A DNA stretch of 64,000 bases from NCBI GenBank assembly GCA_026770705.1, contig JANJGN010000089.1, positions 434,001 through 498,000 on the forward strand. Reading direction: 5' to 3'. Below the pieces are notes generated by a model, which was not told the origin of the DNA, made no database searches, and saw only the letters and a list, made by a program, of their open reading frames with translations. Positions within the stretch are counted from its first letter, which is position 1; each line of letters begins with the position of its first letter. Shown one piece after another: positions 35,736 through 49,485 of this stretch. This DNA is from Isurus oxyrinchus (lineage: Eukaryota). The position numbers and the translations under genes were made by a program.

Positions 35736-38499
35736 TTAACAAACAAGTGGGTAATTTACCTCTTCAGAGACCCCGGTCCGTCAATGGGGAAATTGGCCAG
35801 CTCAGTTTCAAAAATTTCGTAATTTAAATTAATGATCGTGAAGCAACACCAGGCGGAATGTGCTCTGCGCATGCCCCCCTTGAATGTGGAAAGGAATACC
35901 CCTCTGTACAGTGTTGGATTCCTGGGGCTTTATATTATTCTTTTGCGATCTTGACTCATCCATTGCAGAATGTAAATTTGTTATAGACTTTAATTCTTAA
36001 ACTTAAACTTCCTGTCTTCTGTGGCGAAACCTCGTGATGACTCAGCGTTATTATTGCTGATGATGATATTACTCTTGATATTAAGAACACTGGCGATGTC
36101 CGTATATTTATGCTGTTGCTATCAGTCATAATAAACTCTAACATTAATAGTGGGAAACATATTGGAAAATAATGCGTGCTGACTTTAATCTACCATTATC
36201 AATGCGAACTCCACTCAAAAATGGGGATGCTTTGCTCCAACATTATTAGTTGGGAAATACAAGCAGAAAATGCTGGGAATTCTCAGCAGATCCTGTAGCA
36301 TCAGTGGAGAGTCAATCAGAGTTAATATTTCAGGTAACGGTCAACATTGTCTTTTTCAATTTCAGGTTTCCAGCATCGCTGTATTTTATTTTTGGATTAT
36401 TGTTTTTGAACTTATTCCAGAATGTTCACAGTGACTCTATTCTAGTGTTGATCGTGATATTGGCATAACATCAGTGGTGGTAACCCAACTGTCGGGTTAC
36501 AGGACAGGCTTCTGCTCAACTCCTACTCGTGATTTCCTTTCACTAACATTACTGTTGGTGACGTCACCGTAACTTTTCTTACGGTGAATTTAATATTACT
36601 GAGGAAGACCCAGCACGAGCATTAATAGTTGTGTCCATGCGGAGAATCATTACAATATTTCGAGCTGTAACCCTACTCCATCGTTATTTTGAGGCCCCTA
36701 CGCTATGTTATTCGTGATGAAATCACTCAAACATTGCTGCAGGTGATCCAGTGCCTCCAAGTCTTTTTCTTGTTTTGTTTTATTTCCTCCCTAAATCAGA
36801 GCGCCCGATTATAAGGTAAAATTCCGCATCGCCGTAATTAATGCGGTTATATTTTAATCAATACTCTGGGTAAAATGGGAAAGCCCCTATCATATGAAAG
36901 CGATGCTTCTTGCAATCCTCTATTTCACATTTGGAGTATTTTTTAATGGTTTGATTAAGTATCATGACACACGTACTCTTGGGCATAACTAAAAGAGGAA
37001 TAAGGAACATTCTCAGATACATTTAGGTTGTAGCTGGGCTTGGAGAATGAAAGGGTGGCATGACATGTCACTGAAAAAGTGTTGATAGATCAGAGCAATA
37101 TATTATTCGCTGAAATTTAATGCAGGAGGAATTTTTTTATCCTTAAATATGCACAGTTGATATTGACGTTTACACCGTACACGCAAAGCGGAGTCGCAAA
37201 ATGAAACAGCACGTCAAGCTATGGAGTATACGACTGCTTACAATTGGCGAGACACCGATTGTGTCACACCAATCGAGAGCGAACAAAACAATAATAATTC
37301 ACTTAGGCACAATGGATTTACGAACGACAATATTCGCTTTCAAGAGAGGGGCTAAATGTAGCTATTAATCTAAGAGCAGATGTAAGGGACAGCTGCAGCA
37401 ATCTGCCAAAAGCATTCAGTTATCCAATATATAGCGGGTAGGAGGACAAAATCCATCTGTTTCTCAATCAAGCAGCAATCACTTGAAACGTGTTTAGTTT
37501 GTTGTGCAGCAGCCATTTGTGGCATGTGACAGCGGTTAATTCAAGGACGCAGCTCTCTACATCTTGCAACCAGGTGAAAAGGCTGCTTGTGTTTTAGAAG
37601 CGAGGGGTCACTAATTCATTCATTGAACTGTTGTTTCTTAATTCCACCTGCTACAAATCAAAGCCATTGTGAGTGGCGAGTGTCATCCGAATTTAAGTTG
37701 TGTTTGCAGCACTTGTTACTGGCTTCACAACATCGGAGGCGATGCTTGTAACAATTTCTGCGTCAATATCATTTTCATTCTCAGCCCTGCATTGACGCAC
37801 GGAGCTCGTAAACAGAGAGTGGGTCTTGCATAATTATCATTGCCCGCAAAAGTCACCGCTTTAAAAGTAAGAAAACTGGTATTTCACTTCTCCCAGGCTT
37901 TGTTCTGTAACCGATCAAGAAAAGAGAGGGGGATGGTGGGGTGCGGTGTGGCGGGGGAGCGGGAGATTTTTTCCTCCCTCAGAAACATACAGGAAAAGAC
38001 TGGCCGCAGCTGTCCTTAAAGGTTGAAAAAAGAAACAGAGAATCCCGGGAATACTCGGCGGGTCTGGCAGATTCTGTGAAGAGAGATAACAAAGTTAACG
38101 TTTTCATGTCGATGACTTGGTCAGAACTGACAGATTTATTTCTTGTTTGTAGGGAATGTGCCGCAAGTTTGATTGTCCAGAAATCACACTGAGGAATTAC
38201 TTACCATCGCGATCAGGTTTCTAGATTGTTGGGGGCGGGTGACAGGTGTACGTGGGGAATGTGGAGGGGCGGGGAACTTCTAGTCATGGCTTAACTTGTG
38301 TGGATCTATAAAGCAAATTATTCCCTATTGGCTGTGTATAAAGAATCTGAAGCAAATGTTCTGGATGCACTTTATGCATAAAATGTGTGCGAATCCCTCG
38401 GAGTTCGCCTGTCTTCCATTGTCCTGATTGTTCTGTGTAGTGCAATAAGTTTTTTTTCCCCCAGATATCGCGTAGTTTGGGTAAGCAGGGCATAAAAGC

Positions 38500-39395
38500 A
38501 AGGTTACCCATAGAGTTATAGCATGGTCATAGCACAGAAGGAGGCCATTCAGCACAGTGTCTGCCTGCCGGTTCTCTGCAGCAGCAACTCAGCCAGTCTC
38601 ACTCCTCCGCCTTTTCCATGTCGCCCTGAAAATGTGTTTTCAGATAATTATCTACTGCAATTGAATCTGCCTCCACCATACACTCAGCCAGTAGCTTCCA
38701 GATCCAAGCCACTTGTTGCATAAAGAAGTTTTTCTTCATGTCGCCTCGGGTAATTTTTAAAATCAGTTTAGGGTTCTCGACCTCTCGCCGATGGGAGCAA
38801 TTTCACCATGTTAACTATCTACATCCCTCATGATTTTGAGCACGTCTAAAAAATCTCCCCTCAAACTTCTCTTCTCCAAGAGGAACAGCCACAGCTTCAC
38901 CCATCTATCCACATATCTGACCTCTACCATCCTCGGATTCATTCTCGTAAATCTTTTCTGAATCCTTTGCAAAATCTTCGTTTAAGTTGAACCAGTATTT
39001 TATGAAGGTTCACAACTTAGTGCCTTTGGTACTCTATGCCCTGATTAATAAATCCAGTATTCGGGGCCTAGTGCTGCTTTCTCAAACTGCCCTGACAACT
39101 TCAATGATTTATGCAGATACACATCCAGGTCCTTCTGCTCCTGCAGTCATTTAGAATTACGCCCTTCATTTTATGTCACCCATCCTCGTTCATTTGACCA
39201 AAATGTATCACTTCGCACTCCTGCACATTAAAGTTCACCTGCCCCGAGTCTTACCATTCCACCAGCCTATCTATATCCTCTTGAAGTCCATCATTATCTC
39301 CACAAAGTTCACAATACTTCCAAGTCTTGCATCATCCTCAAATTCTGAAACGATATCCTGCACACCCAGGCCTAGGTTATTGATATCAATCAAGA
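38500..39395 (-). mobile_element. 5'-truncated CR1 LINE
   Basis: 3' tail 'catagagttatagcatggtcatagcacagaaggaggccattcagc' and reverse transcriptase 'GPPHFLIDINNLGLGVQDIVSEFEDDARLG'. Confidence 0.88.
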
Positions 39396-39944
39396 AATGC
39401 GGTGGCCCAGCTACATTCGCCACCCCGGCACACCCGCAGCACACCCGCACCTCCCACCCCCGCCTCTCCCACCCTTCGCCCCCCGCTACCATAGTCAGAA
39501 GTAAATAACCTTTTCTGTAATTCATGCTTTAATAGTCTTGAATTCAAATATTGAGCTGTGGCATAATGGAATTCTAACTATACTAACGACACCACATGGT
39601 TCGAAATGAACTGTTTCAGGGAAGTGATCGTATTCACTAAAAAGCATAGTTTTACTGAAATTTGGGCGCTCAAATGATTAGCACAGAGGGAAAGAACATA
39701 AGAGTCGATTTCGAAATGCTATAGCCAACTCGTTTGATTAGAACTCCTGCACCTCAAAATCTCAAACGTCATCACTGCATTTGTATTACTCATAGTTTTA
39801 TTAATAACTACATCAAGTCGCTGGTATATAACACTTCTAAAATAGCTGATAAGAAGAACTTGTGAACTCAACCAGAAACACCAGTTTCAAGTCCGCTCCT
39901 GGGTGTGATGGCCAATAATTATTTCTATTAATTTACAGGATATT

Positions 39945-41085
39945 GTCTTCGCTAGATCGGCCAGCTTTAACTACCCAACCTTAATTGCCCATGAGAAGCT
40001 GGTGAGCTGCCTTCTTGAACCACCGCAGTTCTTGTGGTGTAGGCACATCATCAGTGCTGTTAGGAATAGAGTTCCAGGATTTTGATCCAGCAACATTAAA
40101 GAATGTGCGATATATTTCTAAGTCAGGATGGTGAGCGGCTTGGAGGGGAACATCCAGGTAGTGCTGTTCTCATGTATCTGCTGCATTTGTCATCCTAGAT
40201 GGTAGCGGTTGTTTGTTTGGACTGTGATGGTTAAAGAGCCTTTGTGAATTCCTACATTACATCTTATAGGTGGTACACACTGCAGCTTCTCTGCTTTGAT
40301 GGTGCAGGGTATTAATATTTGTGGAAGGGGTTCCAATCAAGCGGGCTACATTGTATTGGATGGTGCAAATCTTGTTACTTGAGCTGCACTCATCCAGGAA
40401 AGCGGAGAGTATTCCATCACACACCTGGCATAAGCATTGTTGATGGTGGGCAGTCTTTGGGGAGAAAGGAAGTGAGTTACTCGCCGCAGGGTTCCTAGCC
40501 TCTGACCTGCTCTCATAGCCACAGTAATTGTGTCGAGTTCATTTCTGTTCGTTATTAATTTCCAGGATGATGATAGAGTGGAATTCATTATCGTTTTGCC
40601 ATTAACTGCCAATGTACAATGGATAGATTCTCTCTTTCTGGAGATGGTCATTGCCAGGCGCTTGTGTGGCACAACTGCTACTTGCCACTTGTTAGTTCAA
40701 GCCTGGATATTGCCCAGGTCTTGCTGCATTTGGATATGGGCTGCTTCAGTATCTGAGGAGTTGCAAATAGTGCTGAACATTGTGCAATCATCAGCAAATA
40801 TCCCCACTTCTGACATCCTGGTGGAAGGAAAGCCATTGATCAAGCAGCTGAAGATAATTGGGCCGACAGCACTGCCCTTGGGAATTTCTGCAGTGATGTC
40901 CTGGAACTAAAATGGTTGACCTCCAACAATCATAATCATCTTCATTTGTGCGAGGAATGATTCGAATCAGCAGACAGTTTTCCCCCTAGTTCCCATTGAC
41001 CTTAATTTTGCAAGGGCTCCTTTATGTCCCACTTGGTCAAATGTTGCCTTGATATACAGGGCAGTCATTCCCACCTCACACGGGG
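39945..41085 (-). mobile_element. CR1/L2-clade LINE, same family as 19925-21070
   Basis: 'AMRAGQRLGTLRRVTHFLSPQRLPTI..CVMEYSPLSWMSAA'; the reverse strand has MFADDC-like sequence at about 40780-40800. Confidence 0.88.
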
Positions 41086-41910
41086 AACATCACTGAAGAC
41101 AAACAAATCAAACTGTTCAAGCCAATGACTTTTCATTGGAACTGTACAAAGCTCCGAATGAGATTTCTTGCTTTCAGCGGGAAGGTATCACACTTTCCCA
41201 AAACAAACACCATATGAATTCATTTACTCACTGGCGAAATAAACCACACTGGTATTGTATATTCCTGGAATTTCTGCAACTTAATATTTCTCCGAAAAAC
41301 ATGCAATATTCAAAGTTGTGCTTGTCTCTACTGCTGTTCGCTGGGTGAGGTGAGAGTGACTGCACTCTATATCAGAGTAGCATTTGACCGAGTGTGGCAT
41401 TAAACCACCCTACAAAAATTCGATTCAATGCAAATTCTGGGTTAAACTTGCTGCTGGATTTAGTGCTGGAGCTTTTTGAGGAAGGCATTGGGATTTTTAT
41501 GATTCTCAGAATATAGAACGTTACTCCCAATGAGCTTTCTTGCTTTAGTAGTGTTAATATCACACTTTCCCATAAAAAAACACTACATGGATATTTTTTT
41601 TACCCATTCGCAAAATCCAACTCTGTGAGCTTGGAGCTTTCCTCTCCAATTTCTTCACCTTAACCTTTCGGTGCAATAAACACAATCTTCAAACCGTTGA
41701 AGGTTCAGTGCAGACAGCTTTGCACCAACAGTTGTCATATCACAAGCCTCGAGTGAGGAGCGAGTAGTCAGTGTCAATTTGGAGATTTGCGAAATGAAGA
41801 CAAAGGGAGGCTGCTGGTTTGCCTGTGAGGGAAGGGTGCTGAATAGGGTGAATTACCAAGCACGGGAATGCAAGCAAAGGGAAGGCATCTGTGGGAAGCA
41901 TGTGTGATCC

Positions 41911-41976
41911 AGCTGGATATCTCAAACAGTAAAACATAAAATCTGCGGGTCTGTGGTTCGAGTCCCGGTCCAAACG
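41911..41976 (+). pseudogene. Highly decayed tRNA-Lys(TTT) pseudogene in a module X copy
   Basis: 'gctggatatctcaaacagtaaaacataaaatctgcgggtctgtggttcgagtcccggtcc' sits at the paralogous position of 1571 and 52276. The B box GGTTCGAGTCC is intact. Confidence 0.6.
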
Positions 41977-42989
41977 CTGCCTTCTGACTGCAGGTGATTT
42001 CCCCCTCTGCACCCCATACCCCCCACCCCACGCCGTGAAGCTACTGGGAGGAAAAGGGTAAGGGATGCTGAATTCTTCAAGAGAGCAGAAGAGACAGATA
42101 CTTCTTCATTTGAAAATAAATACTTCCTTCTGGAAATTATTGTAGATTCGATCAACTTCGAAGAATTATTTCTAGATTTCCAACTGTCCTAAATATGAAA
42201 AGAGCATCTTGATTATTCTCTTGTTTGTGAATCAGTGGCAAAATTATGACCTGATTTCACCCCGCACCTACCGCCAGGGAAAGCAGTTTCTCTCCTTTTA
42301 ACTTAACTTGTGGTTTAACCGGAATGGAAACTTTGATGAGATCACCCTTCATTCTTCTTTTCTCAAGAGAAAATAAAGAGGATGTAGCACTGAAAAGGGA
42401 AAAAAAAATGTGTGAGACAAGGCGGCAGATTGGCAATAGGTGAATCTCTCCTTCAGAGAGCCAGCACAGACAGGATGGAACAAACGTTTCGTACTGTATC
42501 CATTCTATGATTCTACCTTTCTATAATTATCAAACCTGAACTCCTGAAGTAACCGACTGAAATCTGAAATCCCACTGGTGAATCAGCACTGTTTCCACGC
42601 CAAGGCCAACATACTCCTGGTGGTTCCTCTGAGTAGTGTCTGTAAGAACATAAGAAACAGGAGCACGTGTATCATATAGATTTCACGGCTTCTCAACCAA
42701 TTCCCGATCTTTCTGGTTGATCTTCTGCCTCAATTGCACCTTCCTGAGAATTCTCAATTTCCCCTGTCGTACAGCGCCATCCCAGATAAAGAATTCCTGA
42801 TGAATGTCAAGCCACAGAAGAGGTGAACAATGATATCTACTGCACATTAGTAGGCTACAGCTCAAAACATTGTTTGAGAAAGCTTGTTTGCAAGTTGTTA
42901 TGCCTACTTTAGTTGCATGGATTTGTATTCTAATTGCAGCACCAAATTCCGGACAGTTGTCTGATTGTCGATTGTAATGAGTGTTAACT

Positions 42990-43750
42990 CGGATATGACA
43001 GCCTGGAAGTTGTGGTTTTCAAATGATTTGTTCTTATACATGTGCACTGACGGTTTCTGAGCCCTGTACCTGGAGACATATATCCATTTGCTTTTCTATA
43101 GCCCCTTGTTTTTCATCAAATAGAAAATACTCTCACTGCTCAATTGGTTTCTTCAACATATGTTCCTTGGTATTCCCCATACCATTACTTACTGGCTCTG
43201 TATCTATTGTCCATTGTATTCCCATTCGATCTCCTGTGTTCCGAATACACACTCACAGCCTGAGGAAGCTGATTCTTTCGATCCATTGTATCGAATCCAC
43301 AAGCCCTTTTCTAGGTAGTTTCCCAAATCTAAATTGCAGAATGAACAGGAAAATACAAAATGATAGCCGAATATAAATGGATTCTCTTTGTGTTTTTGTC
43401 AACAAAATTTTTATTTCCTGTTGTTGATTGTATGACAGCAGGTTTTCAATGTACAAATATTTGTAATTAACATTGTGATGTTTGAAAATGTATTTTGTGT
43501 TTCTTGGTGTGCCACTTATGAATTAATATGTGTGTAAATGTGTTATCACTCAATGCACTTGTGTGTATTTGCGCTGTGTGTAAGTATATTTAGGAGTGAT
43601 TGCGGGAAAAAAAGTAACAGGGAGAAAAAATGTTTCCGCATCAAACCAGATTCAGACCGAATGAGGAAAATACAGATCTCTGTAACCAGCAGAATGTTAA
43701 AGTACACTTATATTCAGCACAAGAAGTCAAAATCAGACCAAAGAGGGACA
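42990..43750 (+). repeat. Module of about 750 bp duplicated at about 47280-48010
   Basis: Shared 'ggctctg(t/c)', 'cctgtgt', 'tatcgaatcc', 'attgtgat(g/a)tttg', 'ctcaatg(c/t)acttgt', 'agatctc' and 'gtcaaaa'. Confidence 0.7.
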
Positions 43751-43806
43751 CTTTCTGAGTGTTGCTTTGGGCGGAGATCAGTGTGGTTTATTCACTACCA
43801 AGTTAT

Positions 43807-43888
43807 GTAGTTGTGGCCAAGTTGTTAACACGATGAACTAGAAATCCATTCGGGTATCCTCGCGCAGATATGAATCCCGCTGACTGCA
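43807..43888 (+). pseudogene. tRNA-Ser(AGA) pseudogene
   Basis: GTAGTTGTGGCCAAGTTGTTAACACGATGAACTAGAAATCCATTCGGGTATCCTCGCGCAGATATGAATCCCGCTGACTGCA is 82 nt and collinear with Ser-AGA. A and B boxes are mutated. Confidence 0.88.
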
Positions 43889-45549
43889 CAGCTTATTTTC
43901 CTTGCACAGTTTCAAAATTTGACCAAGTTCCTTTTACCTGAATCATGCCTTACGTCGGATGATACCACAGACTTTGCAACAACATAAGTTGGTTTCCTTA
44001 TTCTTATTCATCTGCGTGTATTCACGAAATTCCTGTCATGAATACAGCAAATATCAGCTAAGTTAATGACACCCACATTTTCCTCCTTCTCTCACACTGT
44101 CTAAATCACTTTATGTCTAATTATATGTGTCCTACTGTGTGCACAGGCTTGTTTGTGTGTCCATTTGTACTGTACCTGGGTGCGTTGTTTTTGTTTATTG
44201 CTCCTGCATTGTTCCTTGTTTATTCAGCTTTTGTAAGACGCCCTCCTTCAAAAGCCTTTCCAATTTCCTTCTAAAATTATTCACTAAAATATCTCCTACC
44301 ACCTTTTCAGCTAGGGTGTTGCAGATTCCACCGACTGGGTGGAAATGTCTCTGCTAACATCCTCTGTATATCTTTTGGTCAAAGACTTTGTATCCATGGC
44401 CCTTATGTATTGACCTACAAGCAGAGGGGCTGTTTTCCTGTTTACCCTCCCCAACCCTCAGGTGATCTGGAAAACCACCATTAGGTGATTTTCTAATCTT
44501 CCTTGTCTGAAGTGCAACTGCCCGAACTTCCCCAGCCACAGCCCATGACTGAACTGTATCATCCTTGAAAACCTCCCTGCGAGCGTCCTCTGCCCCCTTT
44601 CTCATGCATTGCTGAAGATCGGTGACCATTCCTAACCACAGGGTTCCTTATGAATGTCGAACTGCAGTTCCTAATGTTCCAGCATGATCCCGATGTTTGA
44701 ATAGACTATTTCTCGAATTATAAACCCAAATAACCTATATGCTTTTCGAACTACTTTGAAAACTTTGTGGCATTAAGACAAATGTCCCTTTGCCCATCCA
44801 CAATTTACAAAAATCTCGCATTTAGAGTATAGCGACTTTCCATATTTGTCCTCCAAAATTCAAAATTTCGTCACTTAATCCATCCTATTGACATTTGTAT
44901 ACTTTTAATGTGTTATTATTATGTGTGCATCTTATTTTATGAACTCAAGGTCTTTGTTTCCCTGTAATCCTTGCACTTTGCCACTTTCAACTAATAAAGC
45001 AATAGTATTGCGACACGTATCTCTGTCCTTAATTCGCTACCTGACACTCTTTGAATGTTTGTCTGTCTGTCCCTGTTTCCTCTCCTTGAACTCTCTAATT
45101 AATAAAAAAAAATCTTCCAGTCGGACGGATAAATAGGCGCAGGACATTCTCATATCCTGTGAACTCCTCAGTATTCAATAATCGATGGATCTCAGCTTTG
45201 AAATATATTGAGCTCTCCCAATCCTCTAGGGTAGGGAGCTTCAAAGTTTCACAAACATTTGAATGAAGAAATTTCTGCTCACCACTCATTATACTAAACT
45301 CCAAAGAGAATAACCTCATTTTATTCAATCTCTCCTCTGAATCCAGGAATGAATCTAGGGATCAAGCTATAATTTTAACATGTGCAGTAAGACCTTCAGA
45401 AAATGCTGGCTTTATTCAGCAGGTCAGATAGCATCTTTGGCTTTCCAACGTGAAAGATTAATATTGTTTCTCTCCAAAAAGCTGTCATGTTTGCAGAGTA
45501 TGGCAGGAATTTTCTATTTTTACTTCACATTTCCAATATCTGCAGCTAC

Positions 45550-46790
45550 TATGAACATACGAAATAATATCAGGAGTTTGCCAATTGGCCCCTGGAGGCT
45601 GATCCTCCTTTCACCAAGATCATGGCTGATTTGTTTGTATTTCGAGTTCCACATGCCAATCTACCCCAAACCCTTTGAATCACTTGCTTCACAAGAATCT
45701 GTCTATCACTTTCATTAAAATATTAAATGACTCCGCCTCCATTGCTTTCTGAGGCAGGGAGTTCCAACATCGCATGACCATCTGAGAGAAAATAATCCTC
45801 ATTTCTGCCCTACAAGGAACACACCTAATTTTGGGAGAGTACCCCCTAGCCTTGGGCTCAGCCACAAGAGGAAACATCCTTTCCACGTCCTCAAGGCCAG
45901 TTAGGATCTTATATACTTCAATCAAGGCACTCCTCACTCTGCTAAAGTACAATGGAAACAAACCCAGCCTGTCCAAACTATCCTCATAAGAGAATCCGCT
46001 CATTCCAGGTATCAATATAGTGAACCCCCTCTGAATAGTCTATAACTCACTTACACCAAACCTTAAGTAAACTGCAATACAGTATTAGAGATGTGGGGTC
46101 ATCAATGCCCTATAGACTTGAAGCATAGCATCCTTACTTTGGTGACTCATTCATTCTGTTAGACTTCTGTATTACTTGCTGTACCTGCATGCTAACTTTT
46201 TTTGACTCATGAATGAGGATACCTAAAACCCCCTGCATCTTGGAACTCTGCAGTCATTCTCGGTTTAATTAATGATTTTATTTAAATTCTCCATGGCAAA
46301 GTGAACAACTTCATGTTTTCCAACATTATAATCCATCTGCCAGAATTTTGCCCATTTACTCAACCCGTCCTTTTTCCATCTGTAAATTACTTCTGTCTTC
46401 TTTACAACTTTCCTACCTATTTTTGTGCCTTGTGCAAATTTAGCTTGCAGGCCTTCACTCCCCTCATCTAAGCCATTGATGTAAATTGTAAAAAGTTGAG
46501 GCTCCAGCATATATCCCAATCAGACAAAGGCACATTTTAACTTACTCTTTGATTCTGACAGACAGACAGACTTCTATCCATGCCAATGTGTTAGCCCTAT
46601 AACATGAGCATTTATTTTCTGCAATAACCTTTGATGTGGCACCTTCTCAAATGCCTTTTCGAAATCCAGGTACAGCACGTCTACAGGTTCCCCTTCATCC
46701 ACAAATCAAGCTTCTCCTTCAAAAAACAAAAACCTGTAATATATTGGCTAAACGTGATTTTCCTTTCACAAAACCATGCTGAGTGTGACT
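45550..46790 (-). mobile_element. 5'-truncated CR1 LINE
   Basis: 'MIPGMSGFSYEDSLDRLGLF..FSQMVMRCWNSLP' and 'LEPQLFTIYINGLDEG..KFAQGTKIG'. Confidence 0.9.
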
Positions 46791-48060
46791 TTTGCGAGAA
46801 TCTGGTGGACCACCGTTATATCATATTTACTGGAAGTATTTCCTCCTTCAGAGAGGGACTCCATACTGAAATTTATTCATTAATTTCAAGTCCTTTACAT
46901 CAAAGGCTGCCCATAAGAAAGAGAAAGATTCCGGTGTCAACATCCTGGGACACCCTGCCTCACAAAACTCTTCGTGAACCCACTCCACATGGATTGTAGC
47001 AGTTCAAGAAGTCAGCATGCGACCTGGTTCTCTATGAGAATTAGGGATAAGCAATGAATGCTGGTTTAGCCAACGTCGCCCACGCCCCATCAATGAATTA
47101 ACAATCACACCGGCCTTCAATATAAAATGAGAATATGATTGTGGTGATTCTTTTTTTCACGTCGACGGTGCTGGCTATGTGTCTTGGAGCAGCAAAGGAG
47201 GCAGTGGGATCTGATTTTTGCGCAAGTTTCTGGAGAGTTGTTTAAGTCGTTAATAGCAGCGATTGAAAATGCCTTGGGTTTAACTGCCTCGAAACTGGGA
47301 GTTTAACAGTATTTTTTGTACACATCTACAAGTACAGATTGCATTTTTTACTGGGTGACCAATTCCACTTTGCTTCCTTGCTCCATGGTTCCTAGTTTTG
47401 CGTCGCTGAGAAAATATTACGCCGGTTTATCTCCTGCTGCCTGCAATACCTGCTCTTTGTGTAAATCTCGCATTCTTACTGACAGGCTCTGCTTCTACTG
47501 TTCACTATTCTTCCCTTTCGCTCCCCTGTGTCCTGTACACACAGTTCGAGGAGGGAATTATTTCCATTCATCCTATCGAATCCTGTAGCCATTTCAGTTG
47601 CTGGCCTTTCAAATCGAAATGATACAATGGATATGGTTTTATTTTGAATATTTAAATGGGTTCTCTGCGCATTTCTAGAAACAAAAACTGGCATCTTTAT
47701 AGCTCTTTTAACACAGCTGATGTGGCGTTTCCAACTCGGGTTACATTCGCTTCGAGGTATGTCTATTTGTGAATAATATTGTGATATTTGCAAATGGATT
47801 GTTAGTGTTTATTATTCGGGAGATATGTGTGAACCTGTGTAATATTTCTCAATGTACTTGTCTATTGAGGGGTATTGCAACGTAAATAAATCCGAATGAA
47901 GTCAGATCAGGCGAATTAATGAACAGAAAATAGAGATAGATCTCAGTAGACCTGTAAAAAGTTGAGTCATAAAATACATCACGCAACGTCAAAAGTATAT
48001 CAAACTGAGCTCTGGTCGGTTCAATTATATTTGCAATGATCGCTGAAGGATCAGAACCGT

Positions 48061-48105
48061 TTCCTGGTGACCTAGTACATTCGGCAGTTCTGCCCGTTCA
48101 GGAAA
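48061..48105 (+). pseudogene. Internally deleted tRNA-Glu-like remnant
   Basis: TTCCTGGTGACCTAGT-ACATTCGGC-AGTTCTGCCCGTTCAGGAAA vs Glu TCCCTGGTGGTCTAGT..ATTCGGC..GTTCGATTCCCGGTCAGGGAA. The acceptor stem TTCCTG/CAGGAA still pairs. Confidence 0.5.
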
Positions 48106-48562
48106 GTACCTCTTAGATAATTCTTGTCGGTGAAGTCCAATTCGTTCACACCATAAGGATCTGCTGCACGTGCAACCAAACGTTTGTCAAGTGAGAAAGG
48201 ACCTTTTGCGTGTCATCAACATTCATAATATCCGCACGATGCAAACATTTAATTTTTTTTGCTCACGGGTGAAAGAAAGTCTTCAGGGGGACAGTAAAAT
48301 GCAGATTTCCACAGATGAGCGCCACTCTGGGAGAAAAAAAACCGTCATCTCCTCTTAAAATGACGAAGTCTCATTTTTCAACATTGCCGCCAATTCTAAC
48401 CTCAGCACGATCAAGTCTCCTTGGGATCACCTATGAGTCAATTTGATCAGCTCCATTTCCTCTAAACCCCAATGAGTGCAGGCCCAAACTGTCATCATAA
48501 GATAAACCCTTCATCCTAGGAATGAATTGAGTGAACTATCTCTGAAATGCTTCTTAAACATT

Positions 48563-49485
48563 TGTTATGACATGGCTGATGTTATGTGCCAGTTGGGCCA
48601 AATACACAAGGGAAACTTGGCCACTCTATGACAACGGTTTTGGCAATTTGTATTTATTAGAGAAGGCTTTTGCAATGAACTCAGAGGAATTGATTCCAAT
48701 AACACCTTTAGATATTTGAAATTAAGTTAAAACATTTATTAACAAAAGGGAAAAAAGAAACAATAAATGCACAAAAGATTAAAGTTACACGGATAGTTAG
48801 TATTAACATTTCTCAAAATTCTTAATTAAACAGGTTGCAAACTCCACTCCCCCAATAAGTCAACAGTCCAAGATAGGTTTGCAACTACAAAATCAACTGG
48901 ACAGTGGATTTCCAAAGTCTTGTAACCCAACAATTTTGTTACTGGACACAGCAGAATTCTGCTAAAGTAGCTGGAAGCTTTTCCCCAAGGACTGCTTCAC
49001 ACGGTGCACCTTTCAATCTCACACGGCCACACTCCCTATCCAGTCTTTCATCCGTCTTCATAAATGTTTCTCTCTTTTTAATCTCTAAATTTCATTGTTC
49101 TACAGGTCTTTGGAAGTTTAAGTTTCCTGGTTTATAAAAATCTTTCATTAAGTCAATATGGCCTCTTTCCTTCTGGGAAAAATAAACATAATAACCTTGC
49201 CCTATTTAGCTTGTCAGTTGCAAACACCCTAATATACCTTTCAACCCCAACTACCTTTCCACTTAATTTAAAATGTAAATTTATTTCACACCGTACATGC
49301 TGCTCTCATTCATGTTTACTCATTAGCATTTCAAATGTATTTTTGCACCTAACATATTTTGATCTGTTCAACCTTACACTATATCTGACTCTGATTCAAT
49401 TAATTCAGTCACTTAGGCAGAACCAATCACTCACATTCATATAAGCCTACAATAATATTATGAAACATATTATCGTTTCATGACG
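48563..49485 (-). mobile_element. Probable solo LTR (about 920 bp) inserted in a CR1 fragment
   Basis: Termini TGTTATGA...TCATGACG are an imperfect TG..CA inverted pair with flanks catt/aatt. CR1 sequence resumes on both sides, and AATAAA occurs on the minus strand. Confidence 0.6.
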
